From Epiperipatus broadwayi (lineage: Eukaryota > Animalia > Onychophora), in contig JAQFVV010000008.1 of the NCBI GenBank assembly GCA_028023455.1, positions 6,820,001 through 6,884,000 of the forward strand: a stretch of 64,000 nucleotides of DNA, in the 5' to 3' direction. Positions 1-12,217 of this stretch are shown piece by piece (the first letter of the stretch is position 1; each line of letters starts with the position of its first letter). The position numbers and the translations under genes are program-made. The notes under the pieces were generated by a model. That model saw only the letters and a list, made by a program, of their open reading frames with translations, made no database searches and was not told where the DNA came from.

Positions 1-1053
1 CAATAAAAATATCCATCTACATAATAAAAATACAATGCTATTTTTAAAAATACATGTAGACTATATTTTAAATCTGATTACCACTTACAGATTTAATGTT
101 TATAAATGTCAACATTATTACTTAAATATAGAATTTAAAAAAGACCAAGGAAAAATATCATTAAGTGAAGCATTCATTGATCAAGAAAAACAAAGGGATG
201 AAAATATAAATGAAACTGGGTGAAATGAGAATTGAAAGGGAGAAATATGAAATTGATCATTAATTGCCAAAATTACATAATTTTGGATGAAATCTAATAT
301 TCTGCACCAATATGAAAAGAATATTTAATAATATGAATTTGGCTTTGTAAAGAAGTTTGATGATATAATTTTTAACTTTAAATACAAAAATGCCAAGAAA
401 TCATTGAAAACTGCTCGATTGGTGAACGTTTGGAGAATTTAAATTAAAAATTAATATAAAATAATTGAATTAAGCTTTTTAGAAATGAGACAAGATTTAG
501 AGATTCTGTTTTATGATCAACATTTTATGATAAGGCTTAAGTTTTTTTTTAAAAACATAGAATTTAAAATACATTAGCAAATCTTTAATTTGGTTAGATT
601 TACAAAAAGATTATTTATTTGAAGAAAAAGTTTGAGAATTATTAGAAAAAATTTTAAATGCTGTCTTCCTAATTTTAATGATTTGAAAGTTAGATGTCTA
701 ATGTCATAATTTAGATAGAAAACTCTTATGACAAATTTCATCATAAGCTTTCATCTATAAAATTTCTTAACAAATTACTATAAATGAATAATAAAGGCCT
801 AAAATCAGGAAAGCAATTGTTATGATTTTTTTTCTCTCTCTCATTACCCATGATGTTTTTGCTCAATTTGAATCTCATTGGCTCAATATTTTTTATCTAT
901 TATTAAAAATTTGCATTTTTATTACAATTCTATCCTTTTTACATATACAACTTTTAAATATACTGTATATATATTTATTACAACAAATGAAATAGCATAG
1001 TACTTATTACATTCATATAAAAGCCATGTTTATATAAAATTATATGTCTGTAG

Positions 1054-2250
1054 TAGGGTTCGAAATTCGGTAATTTTTTACCGGTAATTAGTGATTTCTA
1101 AAAATAATAAAAATTACCATTACCGGCCTTAAAAACAAAATTCTAATTTATTTAAGTCTGACATAAAGACAATTTTCTTTTAAACATTTTATTTTTTATA
1201 AAAAGGAAAATTAATTTTAGCATCATTTTAAATTTACAAAAAGCAAACAAATTCTATTTCATCCCTGTTCTAAACCTATCTATTTAGTATTTAAGTAGAT
1301 TATAATAATCTAAGACTATATTCAAAATTGAACATGGTTAAAATATTCTCAAGATAAATCCCAACTGTTTCCTCTCCAATATTTTCAAATACATATTTGC
1401 TTTGCTAAATTGCCAAATTAAACTCCGTTTAAAATTTGCTCAAGTATGCACAGTGTGTAGGTATGTAAGTATTGTATCACTGTTATGAAGTTTCATCATG
1501 TTAATTTGAACATTTCTGTAAAGTGCCATTATCTTCTTCATTTTATCAATTATTTTTAACATTTCCCTTCATAATGTCTCAAAAAAATCATAAAAGCATT
1601 AAGAAATTGGCTAAAGAAACATACAACAGACTTTCGACCAGATGCAGAGGAAGAAATTGCTCAAGATGCAATTTCAGATATAGAATCTAAGATAAAGAAG
1701 GTGATCCAATGCTTAAAGAGACATCAAAGAGGTTTCAAAAAAGCTAAATCTTAATAAACATGTTATCTCTCATAACTTTTCTTTAACCAATGAAACGCTT
1801 TTTGAGGCTACTGAAGAGCAATCTCAGCATTTAGAAAAACTGTATCAAAGTTTAAATACTATCAGAGCAACCAGTGTTGAATCAGAAAGAGCTTTTTCAA
1901 GTGTGGGATACTTTGTTTCAAAGATAAGTCATGCTTATCACCAAAAACATTAGATAGTTTATACTTTTTAAAATCTTATTCCACTAAAAATTCTTGTGAA
2001 TAGGGTATTATGTTATTTTTTCCATAACATTAAATAACTTCTTTTTTTTTACAAAATCATTTTTTTCTTTAAAAAATGAAATTTTCCTATATTTTTTTAT
2101 TCAAGTATTTTTTTCTGTTAAATGAAGCATTTTTTATTTCTTTCATTTTTTTTTTTTAAATATCCTAATTAAAAATAAATTTGTCAGTAATTCACAAATT
2201 TTACTTTGATATTTAATGGTAATTAAAATGTCAGTAACTTTCTAACCCTA
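1054..2250 (+). mobile_element. Internally deleted hAT DNA transposon
   Basis: Ends TAGGGTTCGAAA ... TTTCTAACCCTA are imperfect TIRs; 8-bp flanks GTCTGTAG / GTCTGCAG match at 7/8. A + frame near 1830-1990 reads LYQSLNTIRATSVESERAFSSVGYFVSKI, the hAT C-terminal dimerisation motif (S-x-ER-x-FS). Confidence 0.85.
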
Positions 2251-4899
2251 GTCTGCAGACATGTGTCATAATTTGCTTATAAATTTTGCAATTTATATTT
2301 TAAAATTGGATTTAGTTTTTTTTTGTTTAAGTATTGGCTTATCATCCTATTTTATATATATAAAAAAGAAGACATTGTTTCCATTTTTTCTGGTTAGAAC
2401 AAATGTTTGTGATCAATTTTAATTTAATATATATAATTTTGTTGATTTTATAATTTAAAAAAAATTTATAAAGCTGGTGAAAATTAACGATCAAGCTAAT
2501 AAGCAAGTGTTGGCATTGAAAGGATAACGTTTACGAGCGCTTTGATGTAAAGCAAGCCTAGTAAATTTATTAAAATATAAATTTAGAAAGCATAAAACAT
2601 TGTACTAGGAATTACTTAAGCTTGTAAAATAAATGAATGAAAATTAGTAGTGTATATGTCTGTTAAAATACCATTAATAGTAACTAATTTTTGTTAAACT
2701 TTTTTTTAATGAAATAAAATTACTTCCCTATTGTTAAACTTGTTGTTTTTTATTAAAAAAAAATGGGTGCCTTATATCATTTCCTGTGAAACTTGATTGC
2801 TGGTTTACTTTTATATAATCATCATTTAGTTACTTATGGTCAGCTTTTTAATCCCTTGCTGTAATTAAACTGACATAAGTTCCTTATGTACATTTTATTT
2901 TTTTAATTGAACTTATATATATATATAAGTGTAATGTTTTGCATTTAGATCATACAACTATATGTACAATTATGTAAATAAAAAAATTTTTATAAAATTT
3001 TGGTATAATTATTTTATTCTCTAGTAAAAAAAAAAAAAGTTTACCAAGAAATATTTTTCATTTGCATTTCTGTTTCACACATAAAAATCAAAATATAGTA
3101 GTTTTTGTAATTAATGTATATTTGTTGATTACTTCTTATTCTTTGTTGTTAAAGGGTGATAGTTGTCTCAACAAATAACTATAATATTTACTAATTGCTT
3201 AAGTAAATATATGTGACTAGAATCTGGAAATTTATTTTCATATTTGAAAATAAAAAGATATAATCTCAAAAATAAATATAAAGCAATCAGGTTTAGACAC
3301 AAAAATATATATAATTTTGAAACAAACATAAAATTTGAAAAAAACAACAACTCATGAACACATATATGTATATACATATAATTCACTATTGATTGAAAAG
3401 AAATCAAAAGAGGTGCTTGCCATTGTCTGCACAATACATTAATCCACTTTAAGAAATTTTTATCGTATAGATTTCAATATTTTAGAATTAAATGTAAATC
3501 CTAATAAAAGAGATGAATAATTATTAATATAAAATATTTTAATATTCCTACAGCCTATATTAAGTTTCTAATTTGTTTATGAGATATATTAGAATTTACC
3601 TAATTATAATATTAGTAAATCTAATATACAATAAAAAAGCATTTAATTAGATTGTTGTATGTATAATTCAGTTCTTTGGATCTAATATACTTATGAAAGA
3701 TGTGAAACAATAATTAAATAAATATTAATGATAACATCAAAATTTCACATTTGAATAGTGGCATTAATTAATAAGTAATGTAAAAATATATTCAAAATTC
3801 TCGTTGCAATATTTTTAGTTCAAATGTATATGCTAATTCGGTTGGTAAAAATAAAAAAAATATTTTAGTATTAAAAAATTATAATCAAACAATAAGAAAT
3901 ATCAATATCTGTTAATTTTTCTGTCTTCATTAATTCATCATAGATATTTGGATTTGCCTTTAGATAACATAACAATTGAATTTATTTAAATATTTACTCA
4001 TTTATGTGCTTTGTATTCTAAAACATATGTACTTAAAAAAAATATTTTTTTAGAAATTCCAATTTCTTTCACTTTAATCATGAGCTGTTTATATATGTTA
4101 GAATGCTTGTACTGCTTATGAAATATTTTCACAGATGAAAGATAATTGTATATGATTTTTTTATTTGGTCTCATCTGTTAGTTAAATCCTCCTGAAAAGA
4201 TTATGTCTGCTTCATTTCTCTGTTATATATTTTGTAATTAGCTAGAAACTTTTCTAATAGTCTTAACAAAAATAATAAACTAATATTTTGATGTGATTAT
4301 AACATATCACAATTTAATAGAATTATGAAAATTTTCTTAAGTTATGTGTTTTTTATTAATCATTATTATTATTTTCAAATATTGTGTGCAGGCCACAATG
4401 AGATTTTTTTCCACATGCTATTTAATAAATTAAATGCTATTTGAAAAATTAGATGAAAAAAAAATATTTCCATAACTTTCAAGTAGTAATCTTTTGATAT
4501 AAAAAAAATGATTTAAAAGAATAAATATTAGTATAGTTTAAATAAAATGAGAGCTAATTAAATCTACTTAATTTAAGTTATTTTATCATATTGAAGTTAA
4601 ATTTTATTATTTTCAAGAGTAGCCATTGATAGTGAAAAGTTATTAAATGGATGTTGAAATACATTATCTTTTTTAAGAGTGCAAATAACACCAATACCCT
4701 TTTCTATATAAACATCTCTATATTGTTTACCTAAAAGATATTTAGGGTAATATTATATGCCAAATAGTTTGTTCTAAATTACTTTACATTCATAGTGAAA
4801 GAACTGAATTATTTGGCATCAAATGTATTTGCAATTTCACATAACTTTAAAAAATAACTATCCATGTCAGCTATTTTAACTCTTGAAACTTAAGTACTA

Positions 4900-5800
4900 T
4901 TTAATGAACAATATAATTTAATGGGACCATTTGTAATTTATCTTAAGCTATTTACATTAATTTGTTGCTGCATGTATATAATATTCTCATTATTATAATT
5001 TTGAAATTATTAATGTTTATCCTCTCAGTGAACAAGTCCTAACAAAAGTTTTCATTATCATATCAACATTAAGACATTTAATACCGATATTAGTAATCAC
5101 AAACTATCCCATAAATTTAAACTATAAAATTTGCCTATTCATGAATTATAAAATGTACGAGTAGGAAAATTTGGTCGAAAGCTAATTATATATCTAGTTA
5201 CTAATGATACTATATGAGAACAGAAAATGTAAAAAAGCTAAATTATCTTTGAAACCTGGACTATGCAGAACATAAAGCAAGAAAAATAAAAGTGTGATGG
5301 GAATGAAAATAAATATATTAATATCTTAAATATTAGTACAATTAAAAAAATGGTGGGGATTTCATTTTCATGAACTATATGGTAAGAACTATAATTCTGG
5401 GAATAATCTTGATAGTAATTTGATTTTTTTTTTTTTTTTTTAAGTGTCATAGCATCGGCCGGGACACGAACCCGCAACCTGGGCAACTGCCTGCAAGGCA
5501 GTTGCACTGACCTCTCGACCACCAATGCAAGACTAGTAATTTGATTTTGTGGACTGTTATCCAATATTATTCTAAAACAAGTCTATGCTCCATAAACTCA
5601 AGCAAATAAAGAAATTGAAGTTTTAATATGTTTGGATAGTAATTAACAGAATTTTGGAGATATATTTCTGGTGATTGATCCCTGAAGGTAAAAATTGGAT
5701 ATACTGAACAATATGGTTTTGGAAATAAAATGATTAGTGTTTTTGTGAATTGGATAATTTTTTTGTTGCTAATATATTTTTCAGGCAGCCAAAACTGCAA
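4900..5800 (-). mobile_element. Highly decayed LINE reverse transcriptase remnant (CR1/L2-like), interrupted by the SINE at 5428-5533
   Basis: ORF 5567-5800 (QFWLPEKYISNKKIIQFTKTL...) resembles the QFGFR..HST..AIIQF region of non-LTR RTs. Boundaries are approximate. Confidence 0.4.
5428..5533 (-). mobile_element. Young, very short tRNA(Gly)-derived SINE or retroposed tRNA-like RNA with poly(A) tail
   Basis: Minus strand reads GTCTT-GCATTGGTGGTCGAGAGGTCAGTGCAACTGCCTTGCAGGCAGTTGCCCAGGTTGCGGGTTCGTGTCCCGGCCGATGC-TATGACACTT-poly(A). The acceptor stem GCATTGG/CCGATGC pairs and there is a GGTTCG B box. An exact 15-bp TSD TAGTAATTTGATTTT lies at 5413-5427 and 5534-5548. Confidence 0.85.
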
Positions 5801-7318
5801 TTGCTCACATGGTCATCAAATTGGTAGAAATAGTTGTATAATTAATATCTAAAGGATGGTTTCAACTTTAATAGTCAAAATATGGTCAGGAGTAGATTGT
5901 GGAACTGATCACAAACTAATCATTTGTAAACATAAAGAGAAAGTGGATGCATTATCATACAATTATCTCATAACATGCTGAAAATAAATGTCCAAAGTGA
6001 TTTAATCAAAGATTGACAAACAAGTTTCATCATATATTTATTAATAATGTCTCTGATTTAGTTGAGCAAACTAAATTATGAAATATTCTTAACAAAATGA
6101 ATGTACTGAGATCTTATTTTCGCATGAAAAATATATAAGGTATTGGAAATAGATTATATAAAATAAAACTGAATATTATTGATTACTAATTCATACAATG
6201 AACATGTAATGAGTTAATTTACATTGGAGTGGATTTAAAATTTCATGGGGAAAACTACCATTTTAGATAATCATAAAAAGCAAAGAGGTTTTAAATCAAT
6301 ATGAAAACAAAGAGTCATGAGTTTGCATTCTTAGATCAATCATGAACAATAAAGATCCAGTAATCTAAAAAGTCATCATAAATTGACAATGGCAAAATTG
6401 CAATGAAAAGTCTGGGAAAGATCTTTAGATGTAGGAACATATTTAAAAAAAAAAAATTAGAAGTATTCAAGCTAATTGTATTTCTTATCACTTTCTGTAC
6501 ATATATTTAAAAAATGTTTTTAAACAATAGTGCTGGCAAAAAAAAAATTAAGAATATCATAGCAAGAAAAATGAATAATTGGGTAGTCAATAAGATTAAA
6601 TTTCAATTTTTGCTGGAAGCTTAAATAACTAGATTGAAATTATCTTATTGTGGTCAGAAAGAGGACATGGGAAGAATTGATTTCATTAACACATTAATAT
6701 AATCAGTTTTAAGTGTTAATTCATTTAATATCAAAAATTAATTGATAACTGTCCAAAAACGTTTAATGAAATAATTGTGTTTGTATCTTTTGGTATAAAA
6801 GATCAATATTTTGATTAGAACTAGTACTAATATTTTGTCTAGTAATAAATCAAGATTTTTAAAATAAAACAAGGATTAAGATTATTTTTTTGTTTGTTTT
6901 TTCTCTAATAGAACTTTTATAAAATAAGACAAAATATTATACATTTTAAAAAAACATTGGAAATTAAAAATGCCAAATGCTAACAAAAAAAAAAAAATTA
7001 AATGGATTGAGATACTCTAATGTGTTTATGTAGTGCATAGTTAACAAATTTTAAGTAATTTGTACACTGTATTTAAATTTGTCTCAAAATAAAAGATTGA
7101 ATATCTTACTGTTTATAAATAAGCATTTTTAGTAATGGGATTACATTTACATAAGCACTTGATATAAATAAAAATTTGACAGTTTAAAAATGTTTTCTGT
7201 TTGATTCACAGTATTTAAAATAAATCACAGAAATGAATTTATATTTATCATGGCACTGCCATCTATCAGTGTAGTTAAAAGTAACAATTTTTTCTATACA
7301 TATAAATCAACTAGAAAA

Positions 7319-7376
7319 GGTCTTGTAGCGTAGTGTTTAGCACATTCACATGCCTGCAGACTTGGTTTGAATCCAA
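7319..7376 (+). mobile_element. Old tRNA-derived SINE head
   Basis: A-box-like TAGCGTAGTGTTTAG and B-box-like GGTTTGAATCC at tRNA spacing; no intact cloverleaf. Confidence 0.45.
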
Positions 7377-7765
7377 ATAAAATTTAAAATTTTCACCTTC
7401 CAATCTTAATATTTCTCTTGCAGATAGTCATCCAACTCAGACATTCAATTGTTAGTCAGTAAATGAGAATAGCAATTCTTAGTTAGAATATAAAAAAGTA
7501 AAACTTCAGCCAATGGATATTGGATTAATGTGGTGAGCATTGTTTTCTTTTTCATTCTTTGTCAAGGTTGACTTTTTACTTATATATCAAATTAATATTG
7601 AAGATAGTTACTTACATAGACCTATCTATAGATAAATTAAATATATGATTCTAAAGATCTTAGATCTCCATTTTCAGCATTAAAGCCTCTCCAACACCTT
7701 CCTCTAACATCATCTATTATAAATAAAAGTAATCATTAGATACCAAATCATAATGTCAAACAAAT

Positions 7766-8215
7766 TCCTAGACTAGTTACTAACTATTAATCTTTATCAG
7801 CAAAAAGCATTGGATTGCAATATATATATATCAAGCAGTAGCCTTTATTTTTTTCATGCTATCCAAGCTAATGATTGTAAGCTTTCAAATATTCTATGGT
7901 TTTAAAACCAAGCAATTTATATAACTATATAAGTGTGAGAAAGATCAATAATTATAAATTTTAATGATTATTAAATGTAAGCACATTTGATTCTTTGACA
8001 AAAGAATGCTATATCAAAGTATTACACCTTACATGTTTTATTAACATTTATATTAAGATAATACTCCATATTTATCATAAGCATTAATAATCAAATCATT
8101 GTGTTAATCAAATTGCAGGCTAGTTTCTGACTATTGACCTTTATATAACACTGGACTACACATTAACAGCCAGTTTTATTTTTTTTATAATATCCAAGCT
8201 AATGATCTTTATGCA
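7766..8215 (-). repeat. Two diverged direct copies of a small unit with decayed hammerhead motifs (Penelope-associated)
   Basis: Minus 7807-7766 reads CTGATAA-AGATTAATAGTT-AGTAA-CTAGTC-TAGGA, a decayed CUGANGA...GAAA-CUAGUC. A related copy lies at ~8115-8160. Both are followed on + by ...TATCCAAGCTAATGAT. Confidence 0.4.
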
Positions 8216-8859
8216 GATGTTAAATATACTTTATTTGATATAGCTTAGATCTCTATAAGAAATAATATAATTGTTTTATAGGCTCACTCAAAAAGTAATA
8301 TTTACTGAAAATTATGAAGAAATTAGAAAGTCGAGAAGGAAAAAAAAAATAGTAATAATATCAAATATTAAGCATGGTGATTAATATCTCCTTAACTGAT
8401 CTTTTTTGGAGGACTTAGATTTTGTAATAGATTTATTTAAAAACTTTAACTTTTTTCCATATATATCAGGAAAAAAATCACATATGGAGAAGTACATTTA
8501 AATTCAAATCAATTTATTAACTATTAGAGGCAGTATTTGGGGAAAAAATATTTTACATCATCTACATAAAATTTTTTAAAAAATGAATATTTATAAATGA
8601 ATAGTGATTACATTATTTTAATGTCAATTAAATTGCATACAGCTCCCACATAAAGGTGTTATACACAAGTTTCCTCACAAAAATTGCAAAAAAAAAAATC
8701 TCTAGAATAATTTATCATTTTTATTCATTAAATAATAAATTTAAAAAATTCTATATTCTTAAATATCTCAAAAATAAAGTATTACATTAAAGGAATTTAA
8801 AATTTAGGAATTAAAAAGAAATCTGAGATGAATGTTATATTTTTACCATTGATAAATGA

Positions 8860-9374
8860 AATTATTTATTAGTATTTAATTTTCAAATTGAAAACACTTT
8901 AGAAAAAAAATTAATTAACTATGTTTTAATAATAAAACATTTTATATATACATATTAAACATTTTATTGCTTTTTATAAACAGTTCATAATATCCATTCA
9001 TTTTCTTAAAATTTATTTTCTAAATACTGTGTGCATGCATGTGTATATACAAATATATACACAAGTGAAAAAAAAAAAAAAACAAATTTTGATTTACAAA
9101 AAAAATGTCATTAATAAAATTTTTAAATAACTTCATTAAAGAATGGATATAATCATATTCATAATTTAAGCAAAAACTTGAAATAAGTAGATAAGGCTGA
9201 AATAATTTAAATATTCCTTTTTTGTAAACCAAAATTATTTTGAAATAATCATTATATATGTATGTGTGAGTGTAAAAATTTGAGAAAAATTGATGAATTG
9301 CAAAATTAAGTTAATTATTCTGTTATATTTTTTGTAAGAAAATGTGCATTTGAGAGCAAAACTGTGAAAAATGT
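8860..9374 (-). other. ATG13: Probable ATG13 3' UTR with candidate AATAAA signals
   Basis: Follows the stop codon. AATAAA occurs on minus at 9012-9017 and 8963-8968; AATAAA is common in DNA this AT-rich, so the true 3' end is unknown. Confidence 0.35.
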
Positions 9375-9587
9375 TTACATCCAACTTTCAGCATCTTGAA
9401 GGGATTCCACAAATTTGTCAAATTCCTGAAGACTAGATTCAAATACAATTAATTGATTATTTAGTTCATTAACAGTTTCTCCTAATGTTGGCTGTTCTGT
9501 AAAAGAGACAAGAGGAGGTGCTGTTTGACAGTCTCTATAAAATGTTCCCAATTCATTAGTTATATCTCCACTGGCAAATGGTGGTCT
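9375..9587 (-). CDS. ATG13: ATG13 last coding exon (C-terminal ULK1/Atg1-binding region)
   Basis: Poly-T/AG acceptor, phase 0, 213 nt: RPPFASGDITNELGTFYRDCQTAPPLVSFTEQPTLGETVNELNNQLIVFESSLQEFDKFVESLQDAESWM*. This parallels human KPAFSKDD...DLGTFYREFQNPPQL...EFDAFVETLQ. Missed by the ORF track. Confidence 0.95.
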   Translation of the reverse strand, partial: RPPFASGDITNELGTFYRDCQTAPPLVSFTEQPTLGETVNELNNQLIVFESSLQEFDKFVESLQDAESWM

Positions 9588-11058
9588 CTAAAAAAAAAAA
9601 ATCAATAATACATTTATGTACATATAGGAGATGCAAAAAAATATTGAAATGCAAAAGAGTTAACCCACTGATATGGAAGTAAAAAGTTTCATATCCACCC
9701 AATTAACTTAATGTATAATTTAGTTGAAGTAAAAAAAATTGTAACCAGATTAGTTTACAATGCTTAATTAACTCATAATATTTTGCTTTTAAAAAAATTA
9801 TGTAGCCTATGATTGCAAATTATTATAACTGGCACAAATCAAAAGCTATATTTACACTAGTACTATACATAATTTCTATTATTGTAATTACATTATAATA
9901 CAAGAAATAAATTCATAATGTATTTAAATCTAACAATCAAAGTAAAAACCTATAAACAATAAGAAATTGATTCATTCTAGGATAACAAAAACAGTATTAT
10001 TTACAAGATTATACCACATAATTTGTTATAAATCATAAAGCTACACATAAAATTTGATATAATGATAGCTTGAGATAAAACTGAGTTAGTGATAACATAA
10101 ATAAATAAAGGAGTGTCAGATAATTATTAGAAATTATTGATAACAGGCCATTCATAAGTAAAGATGGATTTTGTTATAACTATACAAATCCATATAGCAA
10201 ATGCTGTACTTTAATCTGCTTTTTTTAACATTTTGTGATGCTGTCTTAAGTTCTGCAGCAAATTTTAATCTTACCTAATTTTAGCTTTGCTTTCCACCAC
10301 ATCTATGAAAAGCAATCAACACTGTATGTCTTTAGAATGGCTTTGAGATATTATTCATACATAAATAGGATCTTTCCTACAAAAATTATAAAAGCAATGT
10401 CATATTATATATGACTTGCTTTATTGATAATTAAAAATTATGCTCAAAGTTACCATAAAATATCTTTTTATAAAGTTTATCATAATCATTCATTCATATA
10501 ATCCAAAGAAGATGCATTTTTTAATACTATTATATCCAACAATCCAAAGAGTACACCTAATGATAAGATCATAACCATCATATTTATAAAATATTATGAA
10601 ACATCTATAAATAAAGTTTTTCTGGGTGCCTTTACATTATACCAATATGCAGTTCATGTCTACTAACTTCTATAAAATGAGGATACATTTCACTTCCATA
10701 AAATAAATTGAGAAAAATAACATCTCTACAAACAACTAATTTAATTGCAATAGTTATATTATTATTATGAAATATTTTTTAATTTGTTAAATACAATAGA
10801 ACATTAAAATGTGCTCATCCTAATATCAAAATCCATCCAAGATATTTGAATAAATTCACATTCCCAAATAACTATCCAAATCAAAAGTTAAAGATTTTTC
10901 ATCCATTAATAAATAAAGCATAATATCATATTGATGTCCATATACCAACCAAGTTTTCACAAATGAAGATGGTTAACAGGGATTGTTTGTTTAGTTTTAG
11001 TTTCAATGCATTATCAGAAACCCTAATAACTCCTAAACAATTTTACCAATAGTATGGA

Positions 11059-11229
11059 TTAATACATTGTACAGGCTTGACACCTGCATTTATATATGTA
11101 ATATATACCGAATTCGAACTCAGACTTTCACATGACCCACAACTCTCAGTGCCATCTTATAAGTCTGAGTTCGAATTCTGCATATATTACTTATATAAAT
11201 GCAGGTATTAAGCCTGTACAATGTATTAA
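11059..11229. repeat. ~65-bp inverted repeat enclosing a piece of a tRNA-SINE head
   Basis: TTAATACATTGTACAGGCTT...GAATTCGAACTCAGACT is mirrored by AGTCTGAGTTCGAATTC...AAGCCTGTACAATGTATTAA. The loop matches, in reverse, the SINE head at ~11575-11610. Confidence 0.85.
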
Positions 11230-11549
11230 CGTATGTATAAATGGATTATTCTCCTATACAAGAAGGGTCAGAATGACTAAAACGTCAACTTGGGTAGGAT
11301 GACAACCTTGGCATTAGTGTGGGCTTTGAACATTCCATCATCAGATTTTCTATGAAATGGAAGGCTGAAGAGATGTGGGTTGGAGTAGTTTGAAGCATGT
11401 CCATTAAAATATGAAGATTGACTATCTTAATATAAAGCTGAGTACTGATTGTATATATGTATGGAGATGGTAATTGGACTAACTGATGAGTGCTGATTTA
11501 GCACGAAATACGAAAATTGGTGATTATTTATCTTTTCAATATTGTGTGA

Positions 11550-11631
11550 TCAGGTGGTCAGCAATATAATATAGCACTGAGAGTTGTGGATTGTGTGAAA
11601 GTCTGAGTTCAAATCCCACTATAGTATGGAT
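11550..11631 (+). mobile_element. Old tRNA-derived SINE head
   Basis: B-box-like GAGTTCAAATCC. The upstream GCACTGAGAGTTGTGGATTGTGTGAAAGTCTGAGTTC is shared with the hairpin at 11059-11229. Confidence 0.45.
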
Positions 11632-12217
11632 ATAATTTTTGATAGAATATTTTGAGAAACCAGAAAAAACTTTTGGATTGACTAGAAAAATAAAACATGA
11701 AAATATAACACATGAATGATTCTTTCAGAAAGGACTAGAAAGTTAGCAATGTGACTATTCTTAATTCATTCTTCTATTAAAAAAAGCTCAGCTACATAAA
11801 ACTATTCTGCTACAAATTCATAAAGAGATCCTAATTGTACTACTTTATTGTGAGAAATCACAAGGCAAGTTGATCAAGCACTAATGGTCATATTTAAAAT
11901 TCATACCTATTGAAGTAATATCTTTATCTTAGCTTTTTCAATATCAAACTTTTGTATGAAGCCATTGTCATTATTTATTGTTTATGATGTAATTATCATG
12001 TTTGTTTGAAAGTTCAAGATTATTATATTTTGGACTATATCCATCATCTAGTTAAACTGTTAAATATTTTCTGACAAAAATCAAATTTTATTTATATTTT
12101 TCCAAATACTTTCAAATATTAGTAAAAACACACATTAGTATAGATCATAACATTTTGAATAATATTATCCTCCTCTGGCTTGGATAGTGAAGTCTTAGAT
12201 TTGTGAATACTAAATCT

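Noticed and set aside
5449-5528. Functional tRNA-Ala(TGC) or tRNA-Gly gene
   Set aside because: The D stem is poor, the T stem has a G-G mismatch and the variable loop is abnormal. A poly(A) tail and TSD mark it as retroposed.
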